From an uncultured Flavobacteriales bacterium (GTDB lineage: Bacteria; Bacteroidota; Bacteroidia; AKYH767-A; 2013-40CM-41-45): a stretch of DNA of 53,638 nucleotides. The DNA is taken from the NCBI GenBank assembly GCA_964355035.1, contig CAYHCU010000001.1, forward strand, positions 1-53,638, written 5' to 3'. A program made the position numbers and the translations under genes. Below are positions 25,096 to 33,334 of the stretch, one piece after another. The notes beneath the pieces are model-generated. The model saw only the letters and a program-made list of their open reading frames with translations, was not told the origin of the DNA and did no database searches. How positions within the stretch are numbered: position 1 is the stretch's first letter; each line of letters begins with the position of its first letter.

Positions 25096-25842
25096 TTAGT
25101 CTTTTACGCATCGGATGCTGAGGCCGTATGATTTAAGAACGTGGGAGCGAAAAACTTCAGACCTTTTATAATCCAAATAACGATACCAAGCTTCATTTCC
25201 GGAATATTCGGTTGAGGACCACCAAAATCCCATATATACTTTTCCGGTTGGTGAACTTATTGAGCCATCAAATAATCTGCATCCTCCGGCAAGTGCAGTA
25301 AAACCACTTTCATTTGTCGCCCACACTTCCCCATAAGCTTTCCAATTATCCGGTCCGGTGATTTTTAGTTTATCTCCTTCATTTGTTCCTCTCCAACTTG
25401 TTTTATCGGCCGATTCAATGCTCATACCTAAATAAATTTCCAGCTCTTTCCATTCCTGATCTGTAGGAATATGCCATCCTTCAGGTGCTAAATTATTGCT
25501 GTTATGTACAGCATACATATTATACAGAAGACCTGAATTATTGGCATTGTTATCATATTGTGAACAAGCTCCTGTTGTATCACTAGACCATGACAAATTA
25601 TCTGTTGTCGGAATAAAGTTAAGCGAATTTCCATTTCTGTATTTTGTAGTCTTCAAGTCTTCTGCCATCCACCATTGATTTCCAATTTTAATGGTCTTGT
25701 AAACATTGTTCTCAATATCTACTACAGTAGATGTTTCCGCCAAAATAATTTCTTTCTCTTTTTTACAACTGCTACTACAAATCGTAACTAAAGATAAAAC
25801 AAGAATAATAAATGAAGGTATGCTATAAATTCCTTTTTTCAT
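25096..25842 (-). CDS. FISUMP (Fibrobacter succinogenes major paralogous) domain lipoprotein
   Basis: 248 aa. Lipobox-like ICSSSC. DIENNVYKTIKIGNQWWMAEDLKTTKYRNG...GLLYNMYAV...APEGWHIPTDQEWKELEIYLG...NESGFTALAGG.R...GFWWSSTE...YGLSIRCVKD matches the TIGR02145-type pattern. Confidence 0.85.
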   Translation of the reverse strand: MKKGIYSIPSFIILVLSLVTICSSSCKKEKEIILAETSTVVDIENNVYKTIKIGNQWWMAEDLKTTKYRNGNSLNFIPTTDNLSWSSDTTGACSQYDNNANNSGLLYNMYAVHNSNNLAPEGWHIPTDQEWKELEIYLGMSIESADKTSWRGTNEGDKLKITGPDNWKAYGEVWATNESGFTALAGGCRLFDGSISSPTGKVYMGFWWSSTEYSGNEAWYRYLDYKRSEVFRSHVLKSYGLSIRCVKD

Positions 25843-25853
25843 GTGACGACTAT

Positions 25854-27203
25854 TTACTTTTTAATAATTTCAGAGGTCTGCAATGTTGCTCCGTCATTCA
25901 AAATAAAGAAATAAATACCCGAAACTAAATCACCCAAATTAATTTGACCTACATAATATCCGCTCACAACCCCAAGACTGTTTTCTAAAACCAACTCCCC
26001 AATCGAATTATAAACTGAATATTTATACTCTTTCTCCTTCTCTGCCGTAAATTGAAATATGAGTTCATTATTTACCGGATTTGGGTGAAGGTTCACAAAT
26101 TGACTTGAACTTCTACCAATACTTAGTTCCGGACAAACCATACTAATGTCTCGGTCACTACAATTGCCGGGATAGCAGCATAATCCGGGCAAATTAAAAT
26201 TTGAATTCGGATCATAATTACAAGCAAGTGTATCAGTACAACCAAAAACAATTTTCGTTTTACAGGAATCTACATTATTGCAAGTAAACGAAGCATTGTA
26301 TTCAAGAAAGCTTGCATCTACACATCCACAACTTGCAGGATATTTTAAAAATGGACTTAGTTTTACTGTATCACTATTTGTTTCTCCATCTGCAAAGACA
26401 GAAACATATTTCACAATTACAGGATTAGGGAAAGCAGGGACTTCAACTTCGATATTAAATTCAAAAGAAATATCTCCCTTAGTAGTTATCTGTGCTATAA
26501 GAACCTGGTTGCTATCAGGATTAACACCGGACACACCGGAATTCTGCAAAGCAGCATCATAACTTACAAACTCAGTACCCTGTTTTTTTGAACCAAATAT
26601 AGTTGAATCAACTCCTGAAACATCATTTACAAATCCATAATCTGCCCACGATGTTGGGATCGTAGTCATCGTATCCATACCATCTGACATTGTTAATGGA
26701 ATACCGGCATCAGGATTATTATTTGTAAGAAGACCTCCCGAGATTCCTTCACTTCCACCATCGCTGTTTATTCCACCAATGAAGGAACCACTAACATCTG
26801 CTCTCTTCAATACACCAAAATAAGTTTTCGTTGCAATTCTTGTCGTTTGTCCTAATGTCAACCATGAATCAAGAGCAACAGTATTTTCTCTTAATCGTGT
26901 TTTGGAAAAATCTTTTGCAAAACTAAGTCCATCAGCAGTATTATTAAAAATAAAATCACTGCTGGATATTTTCAGTGGATGGTTTTGATCGCCATATATT
27001 TTCCTGAGTTTAGTTCCGGGAGCCAAATCTACATAAACACGATAAGTTATTGACCCAATCTCTAATCTGCCTCCGGTAGTATCCGTAGCATCAAGACTAT
27101 CTGAAATATAATATGTCTCCACAATTACATTTTCCACTTGAGAAAATGCAAATTGAAAACTAAATAAACTTATCATTAACGTTATAAAATATTTTTTGCT
27201 CAT
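25854..27203 (-). CDS. T9SS cargo: divergent copy of the unnamed paralogous domain + Cys-rich linker + CTD
   Basis: 449 aa. VENVIVETYYISD...GSITYRVYVDLAPG...NTVALDSWLT...AGIPLTMSDG...VLIAQITTKGDISFEFNIEV. Then GCTDTLACNYDP...CCYPGNC. C-terminal VNLHPNPVNNELIFQF...GIYFFIL. Confidence 0.75.
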   Translation of the reverse strand: MSKKYFITLMISLFSFQFAFSQVENVIVETYYISDSLDATDTTGGRLEIGSITYRVYVDLAPGTKLRKIYGDQNHPLKISSSDFIFNNTADGLSFAKDFSKTRLRENTVALDSWLTLGQTTRIATKTYFGVLKRADVSGSFIGGINSDGGSEGISGGLLTNNNPDAGIPLTMSDGMDTMTTIPTSWADYGFVNDVSGVDSTIFGSKKQGTEFVSYDAALQNSGVSGVNPDSNQVLIAQITTKGDISFEFNIEVEVPAFPNPVIVKYVSVFADGETNSDTVKLSPFLKYPASCGCVDASFLEYNASFTCNNVDSCKTKIVFGCTDTLACNYDPNSNFNLPGLCCYPGNCSDRDISMVCPELSIGRSSSQFVNLHPNPVNNELIFQFTAEKEKEYKYSVYNSIGELVLENSLGVVSGYYVGQINLGDLVSGIYFFILNDGATLQTSEIIKK

Positions 27204-27236
27204 TGTATGATTTTTTTATATGCTTACTAATTCTAA

Positions 27237-30200
27237 TCAGATCTTATATGTTAGTCCAACAATAAAATTTGTTCCGTAACGATAATTATCATAATTAAGG
27301 TCCCATCCACTCTCATAATTATAAGAGCGACGAATGGGAGAATTAAAAATATCTCTAACTGTTAAGCTCATACTAAAATGCTTGCCAATTGATTTTGATA
27401 TTTTCAAATCAAACAAATGTCTTGGTAGCTCATAGATATCCGGCACTTCTTTCACATCTGCTGCCACTACCAGGCGTGGACCTTGCACATTATAGCTTAA
27501 TGTTACAGCCAATCCTATACTATCTGAAGTATATGTAACCATACTATTCACAACAAAAGGTGCTTGCCCAAACATTGATCGACTAACAGTGTCTTGTGGA
27601 ATATAGTTTTTCACGCCACCGGATATATCCAACCTGGTTCTGATAAATTCCGTTTGAGAATAAATAAGTGAAAGATTAGCTCTGAAATCAAAATGTTTCC
27701 CAATTTTTTTTCTGCCCTCCAACTCAACTCCTGCTACTTTTGACTTATCTACATTCTGCCAACTATAGCCAACTGATTTTACTAATTCAATATGATTCTT
27801 GAATTTCTTGTAAAAGAAACTTATGGAAACATTGTTACCTGATTTTAAATAAGACTCCAAACGCAAATCGTAATTGTCAACATGAACCATTTTTAAATCC
27901 GAATTTCCAAAGACGAAAGCTCTGTATTCATAGTCAAATACCGCTACGTCTGAAAGCTCTCTGATACTTGGTCTGGCAATTGTCTGACTAAAATTAAATC
28001 TTGCATTCACCGTATTGATTTCTGAATTCTTAAGTTTATAAATAAAACTTACAGACGGTAAAAAACTAATTTCATTTAATTCACCTGCATTGGCAAGAGG
28101 CAATCCATCGCGATAATTTCTTCTTGGATCATTCTCCTGATAGTTTAAAGAATCAAACTTCACGACATCAGTTAAAATATCCGCTTTCTCTATTCTTAGG
28201 CCACCTGAAATACGCATTTTGTCAGTAATTGAATAATCAGACATGGCATATCCTGCTAAAATACTGCTATTCCCAAAGGTGTGATTCGCATCTGACAATA
28301 ATTCATTATAAAAAATATCGATAGTGTGATGCTCAACAGCATAGATATCTGTAAATGAATAAATGTTAAAATTATTAAAATCAAAAAGTTTCTCCAAATT
28401 ATCATTTTGCAATGTTAAACTTGAATAATTCCCAAAGTCAATAGAGTAATCGTATTGATCATTTTTTCGATCATTTCGTTGATATGCACTGCCGAATTTT
28501 AACTTCCTGACCAAGTCAGCCTTGTGAAAAACAGGAATTTCAAATGAAATTTGCGAATCAAATAAATTATCTGATAAATATCGATAGTATCGATGTATGC
28601 CATCTCTGATTTCAGGCCCTATTTGATACTGATCGGTAAACGGATCTTTTAAATACTGAACGTTTTTAAAATCTGGTGCGCTGCTCTTTCCGTTCGTATA
28701 AGATGCACTAAATTCTATTTTAGATTTAGACCTAGGTAAATAATGTTCAGACCTGACTTGATAGATTAATTGTTTACGTTGCTCATAGAATTGACTCTTA
28801 GAGATTACAAAATTTGATGAGTCACGATTGTCAATGGAACTTAACACATTATTTACCCCCGTGAAATTTGGCATGAACAGTAAAGAGAAACTATTATTCG
28901 TATTCAATTTATAAGATGCATTTATTAAAGCACTCCATCCATTTGTTTCTTTACTTACTTCCTGACTCATATAAGAAGAAACTACGTTAACTAGATTTCC
29001 AAAACCATCCGATGCAACACCGGCGCGATTAGAAACTGAATTAGCATCATATTGAGTAGAGCTTCCATAACGATAACCAACCATAAAGCCTAACTCGCGT
29101 TTAAATAACTTTGTTTGGTTTCCAAAAGTGAAACTCTGACTGAAATTAAGTGGCGCCTTTCTCAAAGTCGTATTCCAATTGTTTGGAAAAGATTGGCCTG
29201 ACTTTGGAACATCTGCATTCAGCACATCAAAAGCCTGATTTCTATAGGGTCCGTTATTGTAAAGTAATTTTGCGCTGTTAAAAGCATCCGGATCATTGAT
29301 CTGTGCTGGTGCTAAAAGTCCAAGTTGAACTAAACCTAATTTAAAATATGTTTCACCGGTAATTGTGCCTTCTCCCCAATTCTCTTGTGTAACTCCTAAA
29401 GAATTATAATACGAACCCAAACCTAAAGCAACAAATTCCTGATACTGGCTCGGGTTAGCTACCGAAGTTGCAAAACCGGTATGACTATGTTCTCTAAATG
29501 TATTATCAAATCCAACCCAATCTGTTGAACTTCTCTGTGAACTCAAGATATCCTTAAATGTTGATTGGCTATTATATCCAATCGAAGTTTCCACAATTAC
29601 ATTGAGCTGCTCCGGAAAATCTTTTGTTTGAACTGAAAGATATGCACCTGACCAGTCGCCGGATAAATCCGGGCTCGCAGTTTTGGTGATAATAATGTTG
29701 TCTACTAAACTTGCAGGAAACAAATCCAACTTAATATTATTTGTGAAAGGATCTAATGTTGGTATTCGCAATCCGTTAATTGCCGTTTTTACATATCTGT
29801 CTCCAATTCCACGTACTGTAATGAAACTTCCATTCGTTGATACTCCACTTACTCTGGAAATTGCAGCAGAGACGCTTGCATCACCTGTTTTTTTTATTGT
29901 TTCTGAAGAAATAAAGTCAAGTGTAGTTGCTGAATTTCTTTTCATGCTTTCAACATAATACTCTCTCGCTTTCACTGCTTTTGATGTAATGACAACTTCA
30001 TTGATCTCTTTTGAAGATGACTTAAGTACAAAATTTCTAATTACTACTTGACCTTTAACAGGATTTACTGTTTCTTCTACTTTCAAATAACTTATCGAAG
30101 AAATTATTAGCTCTTGAGAAGTACTGTCAACAATTTTTAATGAGTAATTTCCATCGAAATCTGTTATTGCACCAACCGTTGGCTTGGACTTTAAAATAAC

Positions 30201-30320
30201 AGCTGCGCCAATCACTGTTTCACCATTTTCATCAGTAATCTTACCCCTAATGGTGCCTTGGCTAAAAATTAAATTAGCAAAAATTAAATTTACCAGAATG
30301 ACAAGAAGTGCCTTTTTCAT
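27237..30320 (-). CDS. TonB-dependent receptor with N-terminal carboxypeptidase-regulatory-like domain (no SusD partner)
   Basis: 1027 aa. Signal peptide; GTIRGKITDENGETVIGAAVILK...ITDFDGNYSLKI (CarboxypepD_reg-like); plug region TLDFISSETIKKTGDASVSAAISRVSGVS...ITVRGIGDRY; long beta-barrel ending ...GLTYKI. Confidence 0.9.
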   Translation of the reverse strand: MKKALLVILVNLIFANLIFSQGTIRGKITDENGETVIGAAVILKSKPTVGAITDFDGNYSLKIVDSTSQELIISSISYLKVEETVNPVKGQVVIRNFVLKSSSKEINEVVITSKAVKAREYYVESMKRNSATTLDFISSETIKKTGDASVSAAISRVSGVSTNGSFITVRGIGDRYVKTAINGLRIPTLDPFTNNIKLDLFPASLVDNIIITKTASPDLSGDWSGAYLSVQTKDFPEQLNVIVETSIGYNSQSTFKDILSSQRSSTDWVGFDNTFREHSHTGFATSVANPSQYQEFVALGLGSYYNSLGVTQENWGEGTITGETYFKLGLVQLGLLAPAQINDPDAFNSAKLLYNNGPYRNQAFDVLNADVPKSGQSFPNNWNTTLRKAPLNFSQSFTFGNQTKLFKRELGFMVGYRYGSSTQYDANSVSNRAGVASDGFGNLVNVVSSYMSQEVSKETNGWSALINASYKLNTNNSFSLLFMPNFTGVNNVLSSIDNRDSSNFVISKSQFYEQRKQLIYQVRSEHYLPRSKSKIEFSASYTNGKSSAPDFKNVQYLKDPFTDQYQIGPEIRDGIHRYYRYLSDNLFDSQISFEIPVFHKADLVRKLKFGSAYQRNDRKNDQYDYSIDFGNYSSLTLQNDNLEKLFDFNNFNIYSFTDIYAVEHHTIDIFYNELLSDANHTFGNSSILAGYAMSDYSITDKMRISGGLRIEKADILTDVVKFDSLNYQENDPRRNYRDGLPLANAGELNEISFLPSVSFIYKLKNSEINTVNARFNFSQTIARPSIRELSDVAVFDYEYRAFVFGNSDLKMVHVDNYDLRLESYLKSGNNVSISFFYKKFKNHIELVKSVGYSWQNVDKSKVAGVELEGRKKIGKHFDFRANLSLIYSQTEFIRTRLDISGGVKNYIPQDTVSRSMFGQAPFVVNSMVTYTSDSIGLAVTLSYNVQGPRLVVAADVKEVPDIYELPRHLFDLKISKSIGKHFSMSLTVRDIFNSPIRRSYNYESGWDLNYDNYRYGTNFIVGLTYKI

Positions 30321-30341
30321 GTTGACTATGATGATCTAAAT

Positions 30342-30389
30342 CTACAAAGCCAGCAGGTTTTTGATTAGAATTACCTGCTGATCTTGTAG
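30342..30389 (-). other. Intercistronic stem-loop between paralog B and the TonB-dependent receptor gene
   Basis: ctacaa-agc-cagcaggt ... acctgctg-atc-ttgtag: 6 + 8 bp with a 3-nt internal mismatch. No U-run follows, so it is not a clear terminator. Confidence 0.4.
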
Positions 30390-30402
30390 CCCTTTCACTA
30401 AT

Positions 30403-31485
30403 TTAGTTTTTAATTATTTTTTTATAACTTTCAATTCCATTTACGGATACTTTAACAAAATACTGTCCGACAGGCAATTTAGAAATATCGACTTTCTCCA
30501 CTTGAATACCGGAAATTTTTCCAATGTTTTTAGAAATGACTTCTGTACCAAGAATATTATAAATTGAATAAAATGCATCACCCTTATTTTCTACTGATTT
30601 AATTTCAAGACTGAAGCTATTCATTGTAGGATTAGGGAAAACATTAATTTCCGGATAAGTTATTGGTTTAGTAGTACTAATGCTGTTAAGCACAGAATAT
30701 GTCAGAAACGCTTCTTGAATTTCAGCACCTACAGGATTACTTGCAACATAATTCTCGACACCTCCATTAGGAGTTCCAACTTGAATATTTAATTCAAAAG
30801 AAAAATCTCCGTTCGTTGTTATTTGTGCGATTAACACTTTATTATCAATTGTATCCGGACCGATTGAACCATTTAATGATGCCCATGAACCATTGATTGT
30901 TGAAAATACAGGGCCATTTGTTCCATCATTTTGAGCATCGAACATTGCCATCTCAGTAGAAATACCTACGGCAGTTAATGCTTCAGGAGTACCGGCTAAA
31001 AGTCCATCCTGAATTGTCAAAGGAATGCCGGCAGTTGCATCATTATTTTGCAATACTCCATCCGCATTTACAACATTATTGTCTCCATCATCTAATGACT
31101 TAAGGATACCAAAATTACCGGTACAGGCTGCGCCTACCGATAACCATGAATCAAGCATTACAGTATTTTGTGAAGCCTGATTTTTATTGTATGTCGGTGA
31201 AGTTGCTCCGCGATCTTCGTTATTAAAAAACAAGGTAGTTGTTGCGATTCGAAGTTCGTGATCAGGAACACCATAAGCAGCCTGAAATTTATATCCTTGG
31301 AGTAAGTCTGCGTAAATTCTATAGGTTACAGAGCCAATTGGCAAAACTCCGCCTGTTAAATTTTGAGTAGCATCATTTGCATCTGAAACGTAATATTTTT
31401 CTACAATTACGTTTTCTAATCCATTTTGAGAATGGGCAGAATATGCAGATAAAAGAAAAAAGAAAGCTGGTATAATTTTTTTCAT
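30403..31485 (-). CDS. T9SS cargo: unnamed paralogous domain + CTD
   Basis: 360 aa. GLENVIVEKYYVSDANDA...GSVTYRIYADLLQGYKFQAAYGV...NTVMLDSWLSVGA...AGIPLTIQDGL...NGSWASL...VLIAQITTNGDFSFELNIQVGTPNGGVENYVASNP. C-terminal INVFPNPTMNSFSLEI...GQYFVKV. Confidence 0.8.
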   Translation of the reverse strand: MKKIIPAFFFLLSAYSAHSQNGLENVIVEKYYVSDANDATQNLTGGVLPIGSVTYRIYADLLQGYKFQAAYGVPDHELRIATTTLFFNNEDRGATSPTYNKNQASQNTVMLDSWLSVGAACTGNFGILKSLDDGDNNVVNADGVLQNNDATAGIPLTIQDGLLAGTPEALTAVGISTEMAMFDAQNDGTNGPVFSTINGSWASLNGSIGPDTIDNKVLIAQITTNGDFSFELNIQVGTPNGGVENYVASNPVGAEIQEAFLTYSVLNSISTTKPITYPEINVFPNPTMNSFSLEIKSVENKGDAFYSIYNILGTEVISKNIGKISGIQVEKVDISKLPVGQYFVKVSVNGIESYKKIIKN

Positions 31486-31643
31486 GTTTTGATTTTTTTT
31501 TAATTTAAACTTTAATACGGTTCTAATTATTTCACAAAAGTCAGAATTGTAATCTGCACTTAATTGATTTTCGTGTTATGATTATGTTAGGTCTGGATTA
31601 TTACTATTTTAATAAATTAATAAATTAATAACTTTCTCCTTTT

Positions 31644-32450
31644 CTAATTCAATTCACGACTATTATAAATTAATTTCTTAAATTGAATTTCAGCTCCGAT
31701 TGGATTTTTTGCCACATAATTCTCGACTCCACCAAAAGGAGTTCCTAATTGAATATTCAATTCAAAACTAAATTCACCATCAGTGGTAACCTGAGCTATT
31801 AAAACTTTATTTGTTGAATCGAGACCAACGGAACCTCCAAAAGATGCCCACGATCCATTCTCAGTAAAGAAAGTTTGTCCTTTACTGTCAGGTGCATTTA
31901 TCCCAAATGCTGCTAATTGTGTACTATCTAATCCAAAAACAGAAACAACTGAAATTGGAGAGGCGCGATATAAGCCATCTTTTGAACTAATCGAAATACC
32001 ACACAACGGATCTGAATTTTGTAATAACCCATCTACATTGACAATAGCACTAGTTGTATCTTTTGATTTTAAAACAGCAATATTAGCTTCCGAACCTGCG
32101 CAAACTGATACCCACGAATCAAGCATGACCGTGCTTTTCGTCAATCGAATATTGGGTATATCATTTGCTGTAAATCCGCCGAATTCTTCATTGTTAAAAA
32201 AATAAGTAGACGTTGAAAGCTTTAAAGGGTGGCCGGTTACACCATATGCTGCTTGAAATCGATACCTGGGAAGCATGTCCACAAAAATCCGATACGTTAC
32301 CGAACCGGCATGCAAGGCCTCGTTGCTCCCTATCTCATCAGCTTTATCAGAAATGTAGTATTTTTCAATAAAAATGCCTTCCAGACCTTGCTGTGCTTTT
32401 GCTAAAGCACCTTGCATTAATATTAATACCCCGACTAAATAGATTTTCAT
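31644..32450 (-). CDS. Secreted protein consisting only of the unnamed paralogous domain (no CTD)
   Basis: The track start at 32489 is TTG. ATG at 32450 gives MKIYLVGVLILMQGALAKAQ (signal peptide). GLEGIFIEKYYISDKADE...GSVTYRIFVDMLPRYRFQAAYGV...STVMLDSWVSV...NGSWASF...VLIAQVTTDGEFSFELNIQLGTPFGGVENYVAKNP. Confidence 0.75.
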   Translation of the reverse strand: MKIYLVGVLILMQGALAKAQQGLEGIFIEKYYISDKADEIGSNEALHAGSVTYRIFVDMLPRYRFQAAYGVTGHPLKLSTSTYFFNNEEFGGFTANDIPNIRLTKSTVMLDSWVSVCAGSEANIAVLKSKDTTSAIVNVDGLLQNSDPLCGISISSKDGLYRASPISVVSVFGLDSTQLAAFGINAPDSKGQTFFTENGSWASFGGSVGLDSTNKVLIAQVTTDGEFSFELNIQLGTPFGGVENYVAKNPIGAEIQFKKLIYNSRELN

Positions 32451-32536
32451 GAACTTCACTTTTTGATTGAACGCAAATTCATCAATCAAAAAGTGGTGAA
32501 CGTAAAATTTGGGTTATCGTTAGGTTAAATTTAGAA

Positions 32537-32680
32537 AATGGACAATGGACAATGGACAATGGACACCTGTCAGCGGTCAGCTATCCATTGTCCACTATCC
32601 ACTATCCACTATCCACTATCCATTGTCAATTGTCCACTATCCATTGTCCTTTATCAGTTGTTAATTGTCAGTTGTTAATT
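32537..32680. repeat. Heptamer-repeat hairpin, copy L (AATGGAC arm, tgtcagcggtcagc core, TATCCAC/TTGTCC arm)
   Basis: aatggacaatggacaatggacaatggacacc-tgtcagcggtcagc-tatccattgtccactatccactatccactatccactatccattgtcaattgtccactatccattgtcc... Overlaps the last codons of the four-helix-bundle gene. Confidence 0.9.
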
Positions 32681-33027
32681 TTTTTCGCTGTTTTTATACT
32701 TGCAGTCAGTATCCGAATTAACTCAACAACCTTACTCTTGAGAGCTTCATAAACCTCAACATTAATATAGCCGGTTCTCACTAACAGTTCTATCCAGTAT
32801 TCGGATTCACACGCTTCTTTTAATGAAATAGATAGCTTGTTTATGAAATCCGCTTTGCTTTGAGCCTGTTCTGCTTCACAAACATTTGCTCCGATTGAAG
32901 TGCCTGACCTTATGAGCTGCTTCGAAAGAATATATTCTCTTCTTATTTCTTGTAAATTTCTTCCCTGCTTAACTATTTCTAAAGCAAAGTCAAAACTTTT
33001 TGTTTTTAAAATATTCTTCTTTTCCAT
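32668..33027 (-). CDS. Four-helix-bundle protein (23S rRNA intervening-sequence protein family)
   Basis: ATG at 33027 gives MEKKNILKTKSFDFALEIVKQGRNLQEIRREYILSKQLIRSGTSIGANVCEAEQAQSKADFINKLSISLKEACESEYWIELL. This is the characteristic Q(L/I)(I/L)RS.TSIGANI.EA....S..DF..K..I..KE..E..YWL pattern of the family. Confidence 0.85.
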   Translation of the reverse strand: MEKKNILKTKSFDFALEIVKQGRNLQEIRREYILSKQLIRSGTSIGANVCEAEQAQSKADFINKLSISLKEACESEYWIELLVRTGYINVEVYEALKSKVVELIRILTASIKTAKKINN

Positions 33028-33184
33028 TGATCCTCTATTTAAAGAGTCGCAATCTAACAAATGTTTCCTCTGAAAAATTTCAAAAAACAATTTTCACTAA
33101 CGTAACATCCATCAAAGAATAGAATTTTATCAAACAAATTATGAGTGCTTACCCAACCACTTTCAATTTGCCGGTAGCTACAAT

Positions 33185-33334
33185 ATTGTCCATTATGCAC
33201 TGTCAATTGATAATGGATAGTGGATAATGGATAATGGATAATGGACAATTGATAATGGACATGTGTCAGCAGTCAGCTATCCATTGTCAATTATCAATTG
33301 TCCATTATCCATTGTCCTTTGTCAATTGTCAATT
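33185..33334. repeat. Heptamer-repeat hairpin, copy R (same orientation and same core as copy L)
   Basis: ...cactgtcaattgataatggatagtggataatggataatggataatggacaattgataatggaca-tgtgtcagcagtcagc-tatccattgtcaattatcaattgtccattatccattgtcctttgtcaattgtcaatt. Overlaps the stop codon of the 33329-35233 gene. Confidence 0.9.

Noticed and set aside
25096-25842. FISUMP lipoprotein as a diversity-generating-retroelement target
   Set aside because: No reverse transcriptase gene was seen, and I found no template or variable repeat pair in the window.
27237-30320. Reading the locus as a classical SusC/SusD polysaccharide utilisation locus
   Set aside because: No SusD-like (RagB) gene follows the receptor. 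No glycoside hydrolase, sensor or regulator was recognised in the string.
32552-33248. Track ORFs 32552-32752 (+) and 33054-33248 (-), with peptides such as YPLSTIHYPLSTIHCQLS
   Set aside because: Same artefact: they read through the repeat hairpins that flank the four-helix-bundle gene.
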